Source: Candidatus Latescibacterota bacterium (GTDB taxonomy: Bacteria > Latescibacterota > UBA2968). Taken from it: 64,000 nucleotides of DNA. The notes beneath the pieces were generated by a model. The model had not been told where the DNA came from. It did not search any database and was given only the letters and a program-made list of their open reading frames with translations. Positions 38,742-48,808 of this stretch are shown here, one piece after another. The stretch spans positions 1,176,290 to 1,240,289 of the forward strand of contig CBDDPH010000002.1 of NCBI GenBank assembly GCA_965232265.1. Direction: 5' to 3'. The translations under genes and the position numbers were made by a program. Positions within the stretch are counted from its first letter, which is position 1. Every line of letters starts with the position of its first letter.

Positions 38742-39146
38742 TTACTCGTTTCCTTCGGCATTGCCGCGAGCAAAGCCATGAGCAGCCTTCAGCAAAACGG
38801 CTGGTAGCCGTTTCAGTTCTTCATTTCTCGGATCAACCTCGAATCCACCGGATTCCAAAGCAGTAACACCGAGCAATGGTTCCGCGCCCTCTTCTCCGTA
38901 CACAACAGTTCCCCCGACAATTTCTCCCTCGAATTCGATCTCTGCAATGGTTATATCCAGGGCCACAGGATTCCCGTCTGCAAGTACGTAATCGCGGCTC
39001 CCCCTCGGTTCGAGTCCAATCGCTTCAAGACGCGCCCTCGGCACGAGTGAGTCGAACGCGCCAGTATCGACTAAAAATTTGCCGGTCCAGCTACGTTGTC
39101 GGTCCGCGGGATTGCGGATCGTTACGTCAACATAAACCGAGGCCAT
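38742..39146 (-). CDS. retropepsin-like (clan AA) aspartic protease, ~134 aa
   Basis: FLVDTGAFDSLV catalytic D-T-G motif. AGGAGA RBS precedes the ATG at 39146. The ORF-track extension into the CRISPR array is rejected. Confidence 0.6.
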   Translation of the reverse strand: MASVYVDVTIRNPADRQRSWTGKFLVDTGAFDSLVPRARLEAIGLEPRGSRDYVLADGNPVALDITIAEIEFEGEIVGGTVVYGEEGAEPLLGVTALESGGFEVDPRNEELKRLPAVLLKAAHGFARGNAEGNE

Positions 39147-39265
39147 GGTGCTTCTCCTATTGGGTTGGTGGTGGACAGTTCCTATCTGAAGATATGGGAC
39201 AAAATTGAGTCTGTATAGCACCGCATAAATAAAATAAGAATATGGGAAAACAAACCGCCATGCAA

Positions 39266-42200
39266 GATTCAATCCTTGTTCTATTGGAATGTCCTGCTGA
39301 ATTCGCTGCGACCAGGAGATGCCGATTCGCGGTACGCGTGTTTCAATCCTTGTTCTATTGGAATGTCCTGCTGAATTCGATGCTGGCAATCAGGTTGCGG
39401 CTGAAGCAATGACGTTTCAATCCTTGTTCTATTGGAATGTCCTGCTGAATCCTAAAACGCAGTGTAGAGGAGGGCTAAAAAATGGGTTTCAATCCTTGTT
39501 CTGTTGGAATGTCCTGCTGAATGACTATATTCTAATCAAGACAGAGAGATACCCACCGTTTCAATCCTTGTTCTGTTGGAATGTCCTGCTGAATGACTAT
39601 ATTCTAATCAAGACAGAGAGATACCCACCGTTTCAATCCTTGTTCTGTTGGAATGTCCTGCTGAATACGTGTCAATTTACCGATGGGTTTGGTGCGTATG
39701 TGTTGTTTCAATCCTTGTTCTGTTGGAATGTCCTGCTGAATTCTCGGCGTATGATCATCCCAATGTCGTGCACGGTCGCGTTTCAATCCTTGTTCTGTTG
39801 GAATGTCCTGCTGAATTGGCGACGGGTGAGGAAGATTTAGACGCGCCAGAACCCGTTTCAATCCTTGTTCTGTTGGAATGTCCTGCTGAATTAACGCCGA
39901 TCTGGTCGAGCGTGCTGACGTGCTGTGTGTTTCAATCCTTGTTCTGTTGGAATGTCCTGCTGAATGATCCCAAAACGGGGATTGTGGAGAAAACCATGAA
40001 TTTGTTTCAATCCTTGTTCTGTTGGAATGTCCTGCTGAATGAGGCTATCAGATGGCTATCTCCTTGTAGATACTGACGAGTTTCAATCCTTGTTCTGTTG
40101 GAATGTCCTGCTGAATGAGATTCTGAATCAGAACTTTCCGCAGGTCGAAAAGTTTCAATCCTTGTTCTGTTGGAATGTCCTGCTGAATCCAGCCGCGCCG
40201 ATTTGCACCACCAAAACGCCCGCACGTTTCAATCCTTGTTCTGTTGAAATGTCCTGCTGAATTTCGCGTATAGCCGTGACGTGTTTTCAACTTCAGACGT
40301 TTCAATCCTTGTTCTGTTGGAATGTCCTGCTGAATTGCACATGTTTAGGGATAGAGAATTAACTGATGAGGTTTCAATCCTTGTTCTGTTGGAATGTCCT
40401 GCTGAATCCGATGCGATTGCATCGGCTATGAAGAAAATCCCTGAGATGATGTTTCAATCCTTGTTCTGTTGGAATGTCCTGCTGAATCGAGGCGCGTGAA
40501 CCGCGTTTGTTTCGTCCGTCCATCGTTTCAATCCTTGTTCTGTTGGAATGTCCTGCTGAATTGACCGCCCTGATTTTGAAACTGTATGTCCCGACCGGTT
40601 TCAATCCTTGTTCTGTTGGAATGTCCTGCTGAATGTTTGCGGTACGCGAGCGGATGTCACCCGCCAAAAGTTTCAATCCTTGTTCTGTTGGAATGTCCTG
40701 CTGAATTGGTTTTGATCTTCTTAACGTACGTGACTTCACCCCAAGTTTCAATCCTTGTTCTGTTGGAATGTCCTGCTGAATGCGCATCTTTGATAAACCA
40801 ATGTTTATAAGCCGGCCTGTTTCAATCCTTGTTCTGTTGGAATGTCCTGCTGAATCCCGCGAAAGACCATGGTCTTGAGCCACAAAGGTACGGTTTCAAT
40901 CCTTGTTCTGTTGGAATGTCCTGCTGAATCGAATCAGAAATAACACTCATGCAAATCAATTCCCCAAGTTTCAATCCTTGTTCTGTTGGAATGTCCTGCT
41001 GAATTGACTTCTTGCCCTAAGTATTGCGACAATAGTTTAGTTTCAATCCTTGTTCTGTTGGAATGTCCTGCTGAATTCGTCATATTGAGCAAAAAGTGTT
41101 TCAATCCTTGTTCTGTTGGAATGTCCTGCTGAATACGGCGGTATTCTTTTTCGCATACAATTCTTTGCGTTTCAATCCTTGTTCTGTTGGAATGTCCTGC
41201 TGAATTATTAAAATGGCATACGAAAAAATGTTGGTCGTTGTGTTTCAATCCTTGTTCTGTTGGAATGTCCTGCTGAATTTTCTTGCGTCAGCCCGTTGAT
41301 GAAGTTTCAATCCTTGTTCTGTTGGAATGTCCTGCTGAATTAGTCGGAAGTCTCGTTTATGTTTCAATCCTTGTTCTGTTGGAATGTCCTGCTGAATAAC
41401 TGTCCGAATGAGCGAGACGGAATGGGAAACTTGTTTCAATCCTTGTTCTGTTGGAACTGAATCGCCGAGAAAGCAGGATGCTCAAGAATCTGGTTTCAAT
41501 CCTTGTTCTGTTGGAATGTCCTGCTGAATGCCGCCGCAATCGGCAGGTCAACATACAGGCATTAGACGGTTTCAATCCTTGTTCTGTTGGAATGTCCTGC
41601 TGAATCGGAATCTCGTTTGATGTTCACCCGCAGTACGTGATGTTTCAATCCTTGTTCTGTTGGAATGTCCTGCTGAATGGATCAGGTATTACCCCCCGAT
41701 ATAGTAGATGAAACTGTGGTTTCAATCCTTGTTCTGTTGGAATGTCCTGCTGAATGTCATAGGCCGTCTATAGAATAACAACTATGAGTATGGTTTCAAT
41801 CCTTGTTCTGTTGGAATGTCCTGCTGAATAAAGATTGCCCTTGTCTTTTCGCGCCTTGTAGATGGAAGTTTCAATCCTTGTTCTGTTGGAATGTCCTGCT
41901 GAATGTTGCAGTCAATCGCAGAGAAAAGCTGAAGGGATGCGGAGTTTCAATCCTTGTTCTGTTGGAATGTCCTGCTGAATTCAGTCAACTTATACTGCCC
42001 CACAAGAGCATCGCAGTTTCAATCCTTGTTCTGTTGGAATGTCCTGCTGAATAAATCGTTTGTGTGAGGCGGTTGAGGTTGAAAAAGGTTTCAATCCTTG
42101 TTCTGTTGGAATGTCCTGCTGAATTTTTCCTTTCTTCACGCCTTTGTTCCTATTGCATTCGTTTCAATCCTTGTTCTGTTGGAATGTCCTGCTGAATGAA

Positions 42201-42686
42201 TTTTTTGAGAATATACCCATTGAGTTTCAACCTGTTGGAATGTCCTGCTGAATAAACATCCATCAAAACCGACCAGACTAATGGTTTCAATCCTTGTTCT
42301 GTTGGAATGTCCTGCTGAATCGACGTCTAAGTTTCAATCCTTGTTCTGTTGGAATGTCCTGCTAAGCTGTTTTTCAATCGCATGTTTCAATCCTTGTTCT
42401 GTTGGAATGTCCTGCTGAATGGGGCGTGATTGATTACGGTTTCAATCCTTGTTCTGTTGGAATGTCCTGCTGAATACGGCGTTTAAGTTGGACATGGTAC
42501 CCGTTTCAATCCTTGTTCTGTTGGAATGTCCTGCTGAATGTAGAGGAGGAAATAGTTGGGATGAGGTTTTCAAACGCGTTTCAATCCTTGTTCTGTTGGA
42601 ATGTCCTGCTGAATTTTTTGCACCTGTGCCATGTGGTTTCACCCCCTTTGTTTCAATCCTTGTTCTGTTGGAATGTCCTGCTGAAT
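39266..42686 (-). CRISPR. CRISPR array: 49 repeats (37 bp; three internally or terminally truncated), 48 spacers of 10-43 bp
   Basis: Plus-strand repeat GTTTCAATCCTTGTTCTGTTGGAATGTCCTGCTGAAT. Its reverse complement ends in ATTGAAAC (the classic 8-nt crRNA 5' handle), so the array is transcribed on the minus strand like the cas genes. Degenerate terminal repeats (CTATTGG variants) at 39266-39450 mark the trailer end. The AT-rich leader is at 42701-42857. Confidence 0.95.
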
Positions 42687-42700
42687 CGCATTTTATGTAT

Positions 42701-42857
42701 ATCGTTTGAAACGACAACAAGTTACGCGAATTGACTGACGGATAAAATCTCGGTTTGATACGCCTTTTTTGCTTCTAAACGCAGACATTTAGCCATCCTT
42801 TGCAGAATGGAAATTTATCAACATATTGATTTTTAACGGATTACATCCTTGTTGTTT
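42701..42857 (-). promoter_or_regulatory. CRISPR leader
   Basis: AT-rich 157-bp region between cas4 and the first repeat. Confidence 0.55.
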
Positions 42858-43454
42858 TTACACACAAATATTTTTGTAGCAACAGTCACCACATTTAGTG
42901 CGGTTAGGTGTCTTTTTGGGCAGTCGCCCGGTTTGAATAATGCCGAGAATTTCAGCTACAATTTGTTGTGCAGTGATTTTTTCTTCCTCGCCAATCGGAA
43001 CTTCTACCAGACGACTCCCACCACGAATGTAGGCAATATATCCACGGGATACGGGCTTTTGGTAGGCTTCGTGGGCCAGTAGCCCGTAGAGTATAATTTG
43101 AATGCGATGGGTTTTGAAAGCGTGCTCGCGATAGGGTGAATATTTGTAATCCAGAGGCGCAAGGCTACCATCTTCCAAAGTCAAGACTTCATCTACAACC
43201 CCGCGCACGCCAAGGCTGGGCGATGCCAGATACACATTGAGATCGCGATCCACAACGCCGATTTTTTTACGCAAATAAAACCGGTTTTCTGTTTCGCGGC
43301 GTTTGTGGACTTCGCGGCCTTTGAGCACTTTGAAGCGTCGGTCTTCAAACTGTGGGATGTTGAGCACATTCATGTAGTAGGTAAAACGCGGACAGTAGAT
43401 ATGTTCAATCACCTCAGAGGGCGTGATCATGATGGTTGTTTCGGTATCGCTCAC
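42858..43454 (-). CDS. cas4: CRISPR-associated exonuclease Cas4
   Basis: RecB-like nuclease motifs and the 4-Cys cluster (N-terminal C and C-terminal CGDCCYKNIC). Confidence 0.85.
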   Translation of the reverse strand: MSDTETTIMITPSEVIEHIYCPRFTYYMNVLNIPQFEDRRFKVLKGREVHKRRETENRFYLRKKIGVVDRDLNVYLASPSLGVRGVVDEVLTLEDGSLAPLDYKYSPYREHAFKTHRIQIILYGLLAHEAYQKPVSRGYIAYIRGGSRLVEVPIGEEEKITAQQIVAEILGIIQTGRLPKKTPNRTKCGDCCYKNICV

Positions 43455-43756
43455 AGGAATAAACTCCTCACGTCGTCTGTAACCATCTTTTGATCAAATG
43501 CCTGGCCCTGCAAGATCACTTTGCGAAAGTCCATCGCGCACATGGGAAAAATGTACACGCTGTCGGTTTCCTCATCGATCTGGTCTTCAATACGCATTGA
43601 AAGTTCGTCCAAGCGGTTGTGTTTGACCGTGCCGAGAAAGACGGATTTTTGAACGCGATAGAGACCGGCTTCCTGACAGGCTTTGACCACATGCCGACGA
43701 ATTTTGTTGTTGGAAATGTCGTAGAGTATCCAAGTGAGCGATTCATCGGATTTCAT
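43451..43756 (-). CDS. cas2: CRISPR-associated endoribonuclease Cas2
   Basis: ~100-aa protein LTWILYDISNNKIRRHVVKACQEAGLYRVQKSVF typical of Cas2. Start set at the internal ATG at 43756. Confidence 0.85.
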   Translation of the reverse strand: MKSDESLTWILYDISNNKIRRHVVKACQEAGLYRVQKSVFLGTVKHNRLDELSMRIEDQIDEETDSVYIFPMCAMDFRKVILQGQAFDQKMVTDDVRSLFL

Positions 43757-43760
43757 GGGA

Positions 43761-44807
43761 TCATTCCTTTGTGTTTGAGTCTTGTTCGAGCAGATCATTG
43801 GCGATGCGGTGTAGATCAAATTGGATGCTGTCTCGCCGCGTGATGTTGCGTCCCCGATAGCGAATGGCTGTGTCGAGATAATCGGTAAATGATTCGATGA
43901 GTACAGCCTTGCCCTCTTTGTTCAGGGTAAGGCCGTTGCTCAATTTGTCGAATTGGTTTTGTTTGATTTTTCGCGCGGAAAAGAGGCCGATAACGGTTTC
44001 GTCGGCCCAGATGCGATATTGTTCAATGAGGTCAAAAACGAGAGATGGCTTGTTGTAGTGGTCGGTATGGATAAAGCCGATGTAGGGATCGAGTCCCGAG
44101 AGCAAACAGGCGCGTTCAACGATGCCGTAGAGCATGCCATAGGCGTAATTGAGCAGGCAGTTAAAAGGGTCTTGGGCCGGGTTGCGGCTGCGTCCATCAA
44201 AGCGATAGTGGACGGGTAATAGCAGGGATACTGCCGCCCAATAGGTGCGCCCAGCCCGACCTTCCAGACCGAGCAAACTCTGGCGCATGGGGTCAATACC
44301 AATGAACTCCGTATCAGCACACGCATTGTCTGCGAGGTCCTGCGTTTGCTCTTTGAGCGTTTTGAGACTGCCAATGGCTTCGGTAAGCGGTGCCGAAAGC
44401 CGCGTGCGCCGGTCGCGCATGCGCGTGAGCAATGCGATCTGATTGTCAAATTTGCGCCCGATCCAGCCGAGGGCGAGTTGCACGCCGAGGTCGGTTTGCG
44501 CTACCGCGAGTTGCAAGCGGCGGATAGCTGTTGTAGAACCTGGGCGGCCATGCCACACGCGCCCAAAGGGATCGCCATATTTGTCGAGAAAGAGGATGTC
44601 GATATTCTTCTCTACAGCCAGTTGCACAGCATCTGACGAAAATGCCGCACCCGTTGAGATGAGAATAGAACGCACTTTGCGAGCGGAAATTTCAGTTGAT
44701 TGATCCTTCACTTTGACCTGAAATAACTCTCCCCGCCGACTCAAATACGCGCCGTAAGTGTTGAGCACGAGTTGCAAGATGTTCTCCCGTAGATGATACT
44801 GAAACAC
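43761..44807 (-). CDS. cas1: CRISPR-associated endonuclease Cas1
   Basis: 348 aa with Cas1 fold motifs (integrase active-site region ...HTDHYNKPSLVFDLIEQYR). Confidence 0.9.
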   Translation of the reverse strand: MFQYHLRENILQLVLNTYGAYLSRRGELFQVKVKDQSTEISARKVRSILISTGAAFSSDAVQLAVEKNIDILFLDKYGDPFGRVWHGRPGSTTAIRRLQLAVAQTDLGVQLALGWIGRKFDNQIALLTRMRDRRTRLSAPLTEAIGSLKTLKEQTQDLADNACADTEFIGIDPMRQSLLGLEGRAGRTYWAAVSLLLPVHYRFDGRSRNPAQDPFNCLLNYAYGMLYGIVERACLLSGLDPYIGFIHTDHYNKPSLVFDLIEQYRIWADETVIGLFSARKIKQNQFDKLSNGLTLNKEGKAVLIESFTDYLDTAIRYRGRNITRRDSIQFDLHRIANDLLEQDSNTKE

Positions 44808-44844
44808 ACCTGTCTATCACAAGCGTTCAAAAAAAACTTAAAAC

Positions 44845-44872
44845 TTGATATTCGTATGGTATTGGTTATAAT
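44845..44872 (+). promoter_or_regulatory. strong sigma-70-like promoter on the plus strand inside the cas operon
   Basis: TTGATA (44845-44850), 16-bp spacer, TATAAT (44867-44872). Confidence 0.4.
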
Positions 44873-44879
44873 AAAATTG

Positions 44880-45003
44880 CCAGTGGACGAAATTCGGCTC
44901 CATAGCCGTGTGATTGCCGGGCTGCGGTTCGCGCAATCCTATATCCCTAGCTTTTTATTTTTTTCTCGCCACGCCAAAGCCGCTACATTAAGCGGCTTTT
45001 TTT
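44880..45003 (+). ncRNA. candidate ~125-nt small RNA (promoter to terminator), antisense orientation relative to the cas genes
   Basis: Bounded by the promoter above and an intrinsic-terminator-like hairpin AAAGCCGCT-acatta-AGCGGCTTT plus TTTT (44976-45003). Holds no ATG-initiated ORF, only a GTG frame of 42 codons. Confidence 0.25.
44976..45003 (+). terminator. rho-independent terminator-like hairpin with U-tract (plus strand)
   Basis: 9-bp stem, 6-nt loop and 7 T residues. Confidence 0.45.
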
Positions 45004-45054
45004 GTGTGTAATACACACCATAAGTGTTGAGCCTGAGTTTCACAATAGTCCCTC

Positions 45055-45717
45055 CTAAACTTCACGCATCAAACCAAAACCATTGGACGTCAATTTACCG
45101 ATGCCAAGACCAGTAGGCAGAATCATATTGGAAACAAAGGATACTTTTACCCCCTTAAATACGACACCGTGATGTTTTAATGATAGAATTGAGAAGTTCA
45201 GGACACGAGTCATCAGACGTTCCGTGAGATAAATACCAATTCCTTTACATAGTGAGAGATAATTTCCATTCAGGATTTTCTCCAAAAGCTTTCTCCGGCT
45301 TTCAAATTTCGGTTCTTTCTGAAATATTGCGTGGTTCTTTTCATTAAGTGCCAGCCAGGGAGTAATTGAGCGATAACTGATTAGATTGTCTGATAGTCCG
45401 ATAACTGCTATCTCGTCTTCCAACTCTGCGCCCATAATTTGATATTGAATGCCTCCTATTCTGAGTGTATGACCTTGGCTGTAAATCTCTTGCAAAATTT
45501 GAAGGCCATCGTCAAAGGAAATGAGTTGTGGGAGGTTATTCAAGACGATATAGCGAACTCTGGGAGAGCGATAATCAAATTGATCTCCCTTATGATTATG
45601 TAATACTGGTCGATCAGAAAATGCGCCTGTTATTGCTCTTCGAAGTTCCGATCCATGATGCTTAAAGGGACGATCAGTGTAAATTTTTAAGCGTCGGATA
45701 TGTATATGTTCTGACAT
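45055..45717 (-). CDS. cas6: CRISPR-associated endoribonuclease Cas6
   Basis: C-terminal glycine-rich loop GLGIGKLTSNGFG and RAMP-like fold. Confidence 0.75.
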   Translation of the reverse strand: MSEHIHIRRLKIYTDRPFKHHGSELRRAITGAFSDRPVLHNHKGDQFDYRSPRVRYIVLNNLPQLISFDDGLQILQEIYSQGHTLRIGGIQYQIMGAELEDEIAVIGLSDNLISYRSITPWLALNEKNHAIFQKEPKFESRRKLLEKILNGNYLSLCKGIGIYLTERLMTRVLNFSILSLKHHGVVFKGVKVSFVSNMILPTGLGIGKLTSNGFGLMREV

Positions 45718-45761
45718 CTCAATTTCCTATAATGATTACGCCTGAAATGATAGAGGCGAGA

Positions 45762-48137
45762 TCAAAAACACACCAAATTCGGCTCTTTTTCTGCCTTATA
45801 CCCAAACCTTTTATCATAGCCTCCGAGTTGGGTATCCAACATACACAGGTCGTCAACAGCATCGCTTGCATACACTTGTACAATGCGCTCCATCAAAGCA
45901 GCACGGATTTTATAGAATTCCATCTTGCGTTTTATTGGATTTTCGATTTCTTGGATCCCGAGATATTGATCCCAAATTTCTCGATCACCATTATCCTGGA
46001 CGATATAATAAGATTGTTGGGGTAATTCCTCGATAAGCTGAAAACGATCTTCTACCTCTTCAAACTGTCCACAGGCCAGCAGACGATCAATAGGTTCTTC
46101 ACTGTTATGTGTGCGTTCATAAACCATTTTGAAATAAGATTCTCCCAACTCCAAAAATTGAGATTCCTTGACTTCTTCATATTGGCTTAGGAGCTCTTGC
46201 GTTGCACCTATCAATACTGGGCTATAAATCCGTGTGAACTGTTTCTCTCGTTCATCTATTAAAGACCAAACTCTTACAATTCCTCCATCACCATCTCCAT
46301 GCCGATTACAACGTCCCGATGTTTGAATAATCGCGTCTAATGGTGCAAGATCCCTTTCAATCCGATCTACACTCAGATCAACACCTGCTTCTATCAATTG
46401 TGTCGTAATGACCAAAACGGGTTGATCTGAAGCCAGTGCTTTGCCAATGTCTTCAATCCGATCTTTGCGGTCTTTAGGCGTCAGCAGTGCTGAAAGCGGG
46501 TAGATGCAAAATCCTTCGATGTTGACCTTTTTTTCAAATATTTCTGTTAGCTCACCCACAAGCTTTCGATAATTGACCACAATCATACGACTGAGATCCG
46601 GATTTTGATGAATTTCTTCGACAATTTCATTTATAAAACTCTCAAGAAGTGTATTCTCAGTTGCCCGATTGACAAGACACACACGCGATAGTTTTTGATA
46701 ATATTCTGGATGTTTGGGTAAAAGCTCTCTGGACATATCGGGTGTAAAAATCAACGGTTTTGTGGCTGTCATTAGTATGAAGCGCGTTTCAAGACATCGG
46801 CTCATCACTTGCAATATATTGCGAATAGCTCGCCAGTATTTCGGAGGAATGGCCTGCACCTCATCGAGAATGACAATGGCTCTACGCAGCGTTGGCAAGC
46901 GTTTGAGATTCCGATTTCTGCCTGTGAAAAACGTATGAAGAAATTGATAAAATGTGGTCACTACAAGTTCTGATTGCCAGGTTTCAACGAAAAGCTCGGC
47001 CCCATCAGGATCAAACTCCGGGTCTAAAGAGCGGTATTTCATATCTGTGAGATGGTGATGTTTTAAGAGCAAATCCGTTGTTTCGGCAAGTCCTCCATGT
47101 TCTAATACTTTTCGATAGACATCGTGATTTTGGTCAATAATCGCAGTAAAAGGCAAGCAATAGATGATACGCGGGTTTTCTTGATAGACTTCATGCAATT
47201 CATGGCGCAGACGAATTGCTGCATCCAAAGCAGTCAAAGTTTTTCCCGATCCGGTTGGTGCGGTAAGCGTAAATAATTTCTCATCTGAATGAGCAGATAA
47301 CTCACATAAAACATCATCTCTTATACGGTCTCTCGGTTCATCAAGAGGAGACGGTTTATGGTCAGAGTCTTGTTTTAAGTGCATCAAATATTGAGAGACA
47401 AGAGAATCGGGAATTGCCAGACGACTGAATTCTGTTTCTCCTGTTGCGGTATGGATTTTATCCATCTGTAAAAGACTGCCAAATCCAAATAAGAAATCCA
47501 CCGCTTGATCAAATTGCTCCAAACAGACCTCCTGATCGTTATTTGGAAAAGCTTTTCGCAGACGAAAGGGAGATATGTCCTGTACAGCTTTCCGCAGAAC
47601 CGATCCATTGAGATCAGGCACTTCAAAGTGAAGGTCGAACTCAAGCAAGGTCTTCCTTAGCCATTGTGTAATACCAAAGAGGTCCATGCTGTTAATTTGA
47701 CGAGCAAATGTCCCTTGTGGGGCAGAATCTTCTCGAAGATGGCCTCTGGCCTCGGCATAATAGTCCGTCCACGACTTTCGCAGATTGCCATGGTGTTTCA
47801 TAACAGATGTAATCACCGAGAGTTGGAATTGATAGGCAGCTGTCTGGTCGGGTGCTTGGACGCTTTGACTAATCAACCAACCAATGATCGCAGAAACAAA
47901 TGAATGGTTGGAGAGTTCAGACTTTTCTCCTTTACGGCCCGGTTGAACGCGCTCTTGAAACCAAAAGGTCGCTTTACCCAAATCATGGACGAGGGCAGAC
48001 AATAGTGCAGCCTGGGAAGGGAGAGACCGGCTACCTTTCCACAGTTGATTTACACCTTTGGCGACCTCTGTAAGGTGCGTTTGCAGAAAGTCGTCTGGCG
48101 GATGCGCCAAACATTCAGAAAAACAGTATTTGGTCAT
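45762..48137 (-). CDS. cas3: CRISPR-associated helicase/nuclease Cas3 (HD + SF2 helicase)
   Basis: HD domain (LVHDLGKATFWFQ), helicase motif I APTGSGKT and DEAH-like DEVQ. Confidence 0.9.
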   Translation of the reverse strand: MTKYCFSECLAHPPDDFLQTHLTEVAKGVNQLWKGSRSLPSQAALLSALVHDLGKATFWFQERVQPGRKGEKSELSNHSFVSAIIGWLISQSVQAPDQTAAYQFQLSVITSVMKHHGNLRKSWTDYYAEARGHLREDSAPQGTFARQINSMDLFGITQWLRKTLLEFDLHFEVPDLNGSVLRKAVQDISPFRLRKAFPNNDQEVCLEQFDQAVDFLFGFGSLLQMDKIHTATGETEFSRLAIPDSLVSQYLMHLKQDSDHKPSPLDEPRDRIRDDVLCELSAHSDEKLFTLTAPTGSGKTLTALDAAIRLRHELHEVYQENPRIIYCLPFTAIIDQNHDVYRKVLEHGGLAETTDLLLKHHHLTDMKYRSLDPEFDPDGAELFVETWQSELVVTTFYQFLHTFFTGRNRNLKRLPTLRRAIVILDEVQAIPPKYWRAIRNILQVMSRCLETRFILMTATKPLIFTPDMSRELLPKHPEYYQKLSRVCLVNRATENTLLESFINEIVEEIHQNPDLSRMIVVNYRKLVGELTEIFEKKVNIEGFCIYPLSALLTPKDRKDRIEDIGKALASDQPVLVITTQLIEAGVDLSVDRIERDLAPLDAIIQTSGRCNRHGDGDGGIVRVWSLIDEREKQFTRIYSPVLIGATQELLSQYEEVKESQFLELGESYFKMVYERTHNSEEPIDRLLACGQFEEVEDRFQLIEELPQQSYYIVQDNGDREIWDQYLGIQEIENPIKRKMEFYKIRAALMERIVQVYASDAVDDLCMLDTQLGGYDKRFGYKAEKEPNLVCF

Positions 48138-48801
48138 CGCCCACCTCATAAGCTTGATCGGTTTCAACCGTTATTGAATCACCATCCTCTGCGACAACGA
48201 CCTCCCGGTAATCTACAACTGTTCTATCTGGTTGCATTTGTGCTGGTACTCGATAGCGAACATAGCACCGACCCGGTTCATATCTGCAATTTTCTTCGGG
48301 ATCAGGTACAACAGAGGCAATATTACACTCCGTCTGCGAAAGTAGCTGGGCCTCAAATGCACCGACAAAAACAACATTTGCGATACATTGTGCAAGGCCA
48401 AGAGACGGTGTATAGACTGTTCTGCCCGTCCGAAGTTGGTCCTCCAGGTCTTGCATGGCTTCATCTGTGGCTTCTGCAATATAAATCCGAAAAGCTGGAT
48501 CAATAAGAAATTCATAGGGATACTGACCCCGTAAAGCGCTGTCTTTCTTTCTCGGATCAGGTTCTAAGCGGAGATTTAGCCCTGTCCTGTATTTTCGGGT
48601 TGCGCGGAGCAAGCGAATACCGACACGCACATTTTCCCATCCAATTTTAGTCAGGTATTCTTCCTTTCCATAACCAACAATAGCACCCGTAAGCCCCAAA
48701 ATGGTCGGTGGTGGTGGAAAAGGATAAGTTACAGGAGAAGCAGGCGCATACGGTTTGCGAAAATGTCCATAAGGCCCACTCACATCGAATACAATGGTGT
48801 G
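48115..48801 (-). CDS. cas5: CRISPR-associated protein Cas5
   Basis: N-terminus IVFDVSGPYGHFRKPYA typical of Cas5. Confidence 0.8.
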   Translation of the reverse strand, partial: HTIVFDVSGPYGHFRKPYAPASPVTYPFPPPPTILGLTGAIVGYGKEEYLTKIGWENVRVGIRLLRATRKYRTGLNLRLEPDPRKKDSALRGQYPYEFLIDPAFRIYIAEATDEAMQDLEDQLRTGRTVYTPSLGLAQCIANVVFVGAFEAQLLSQTECNIASVVPDPEENCRYEPGRCYVRYRVPAQMQPDRTVVDYREVVVAEDGDSITVETDQAYEVGDDQILFF

Positions 48802-48808
48802 CATTAGA

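Noticed and set aside
39147-39389. N-terminal part of ORF 38742..39389 and all ORFs inside 39319-42734 (peptides like SILVLLECPAE / FQSLFCWNVLLN / NSAGHSNRTRIET)
   Set aside because: These are translations of the CRISPR repeat in different frames, not genes.
44793-45011. 72-aa plus-strand ORF between cas1 and cas6
   Set aside because: It spans the promoter itself and has no RBS. Only the promoter-terminator unit is retained, as an RNA candidate.
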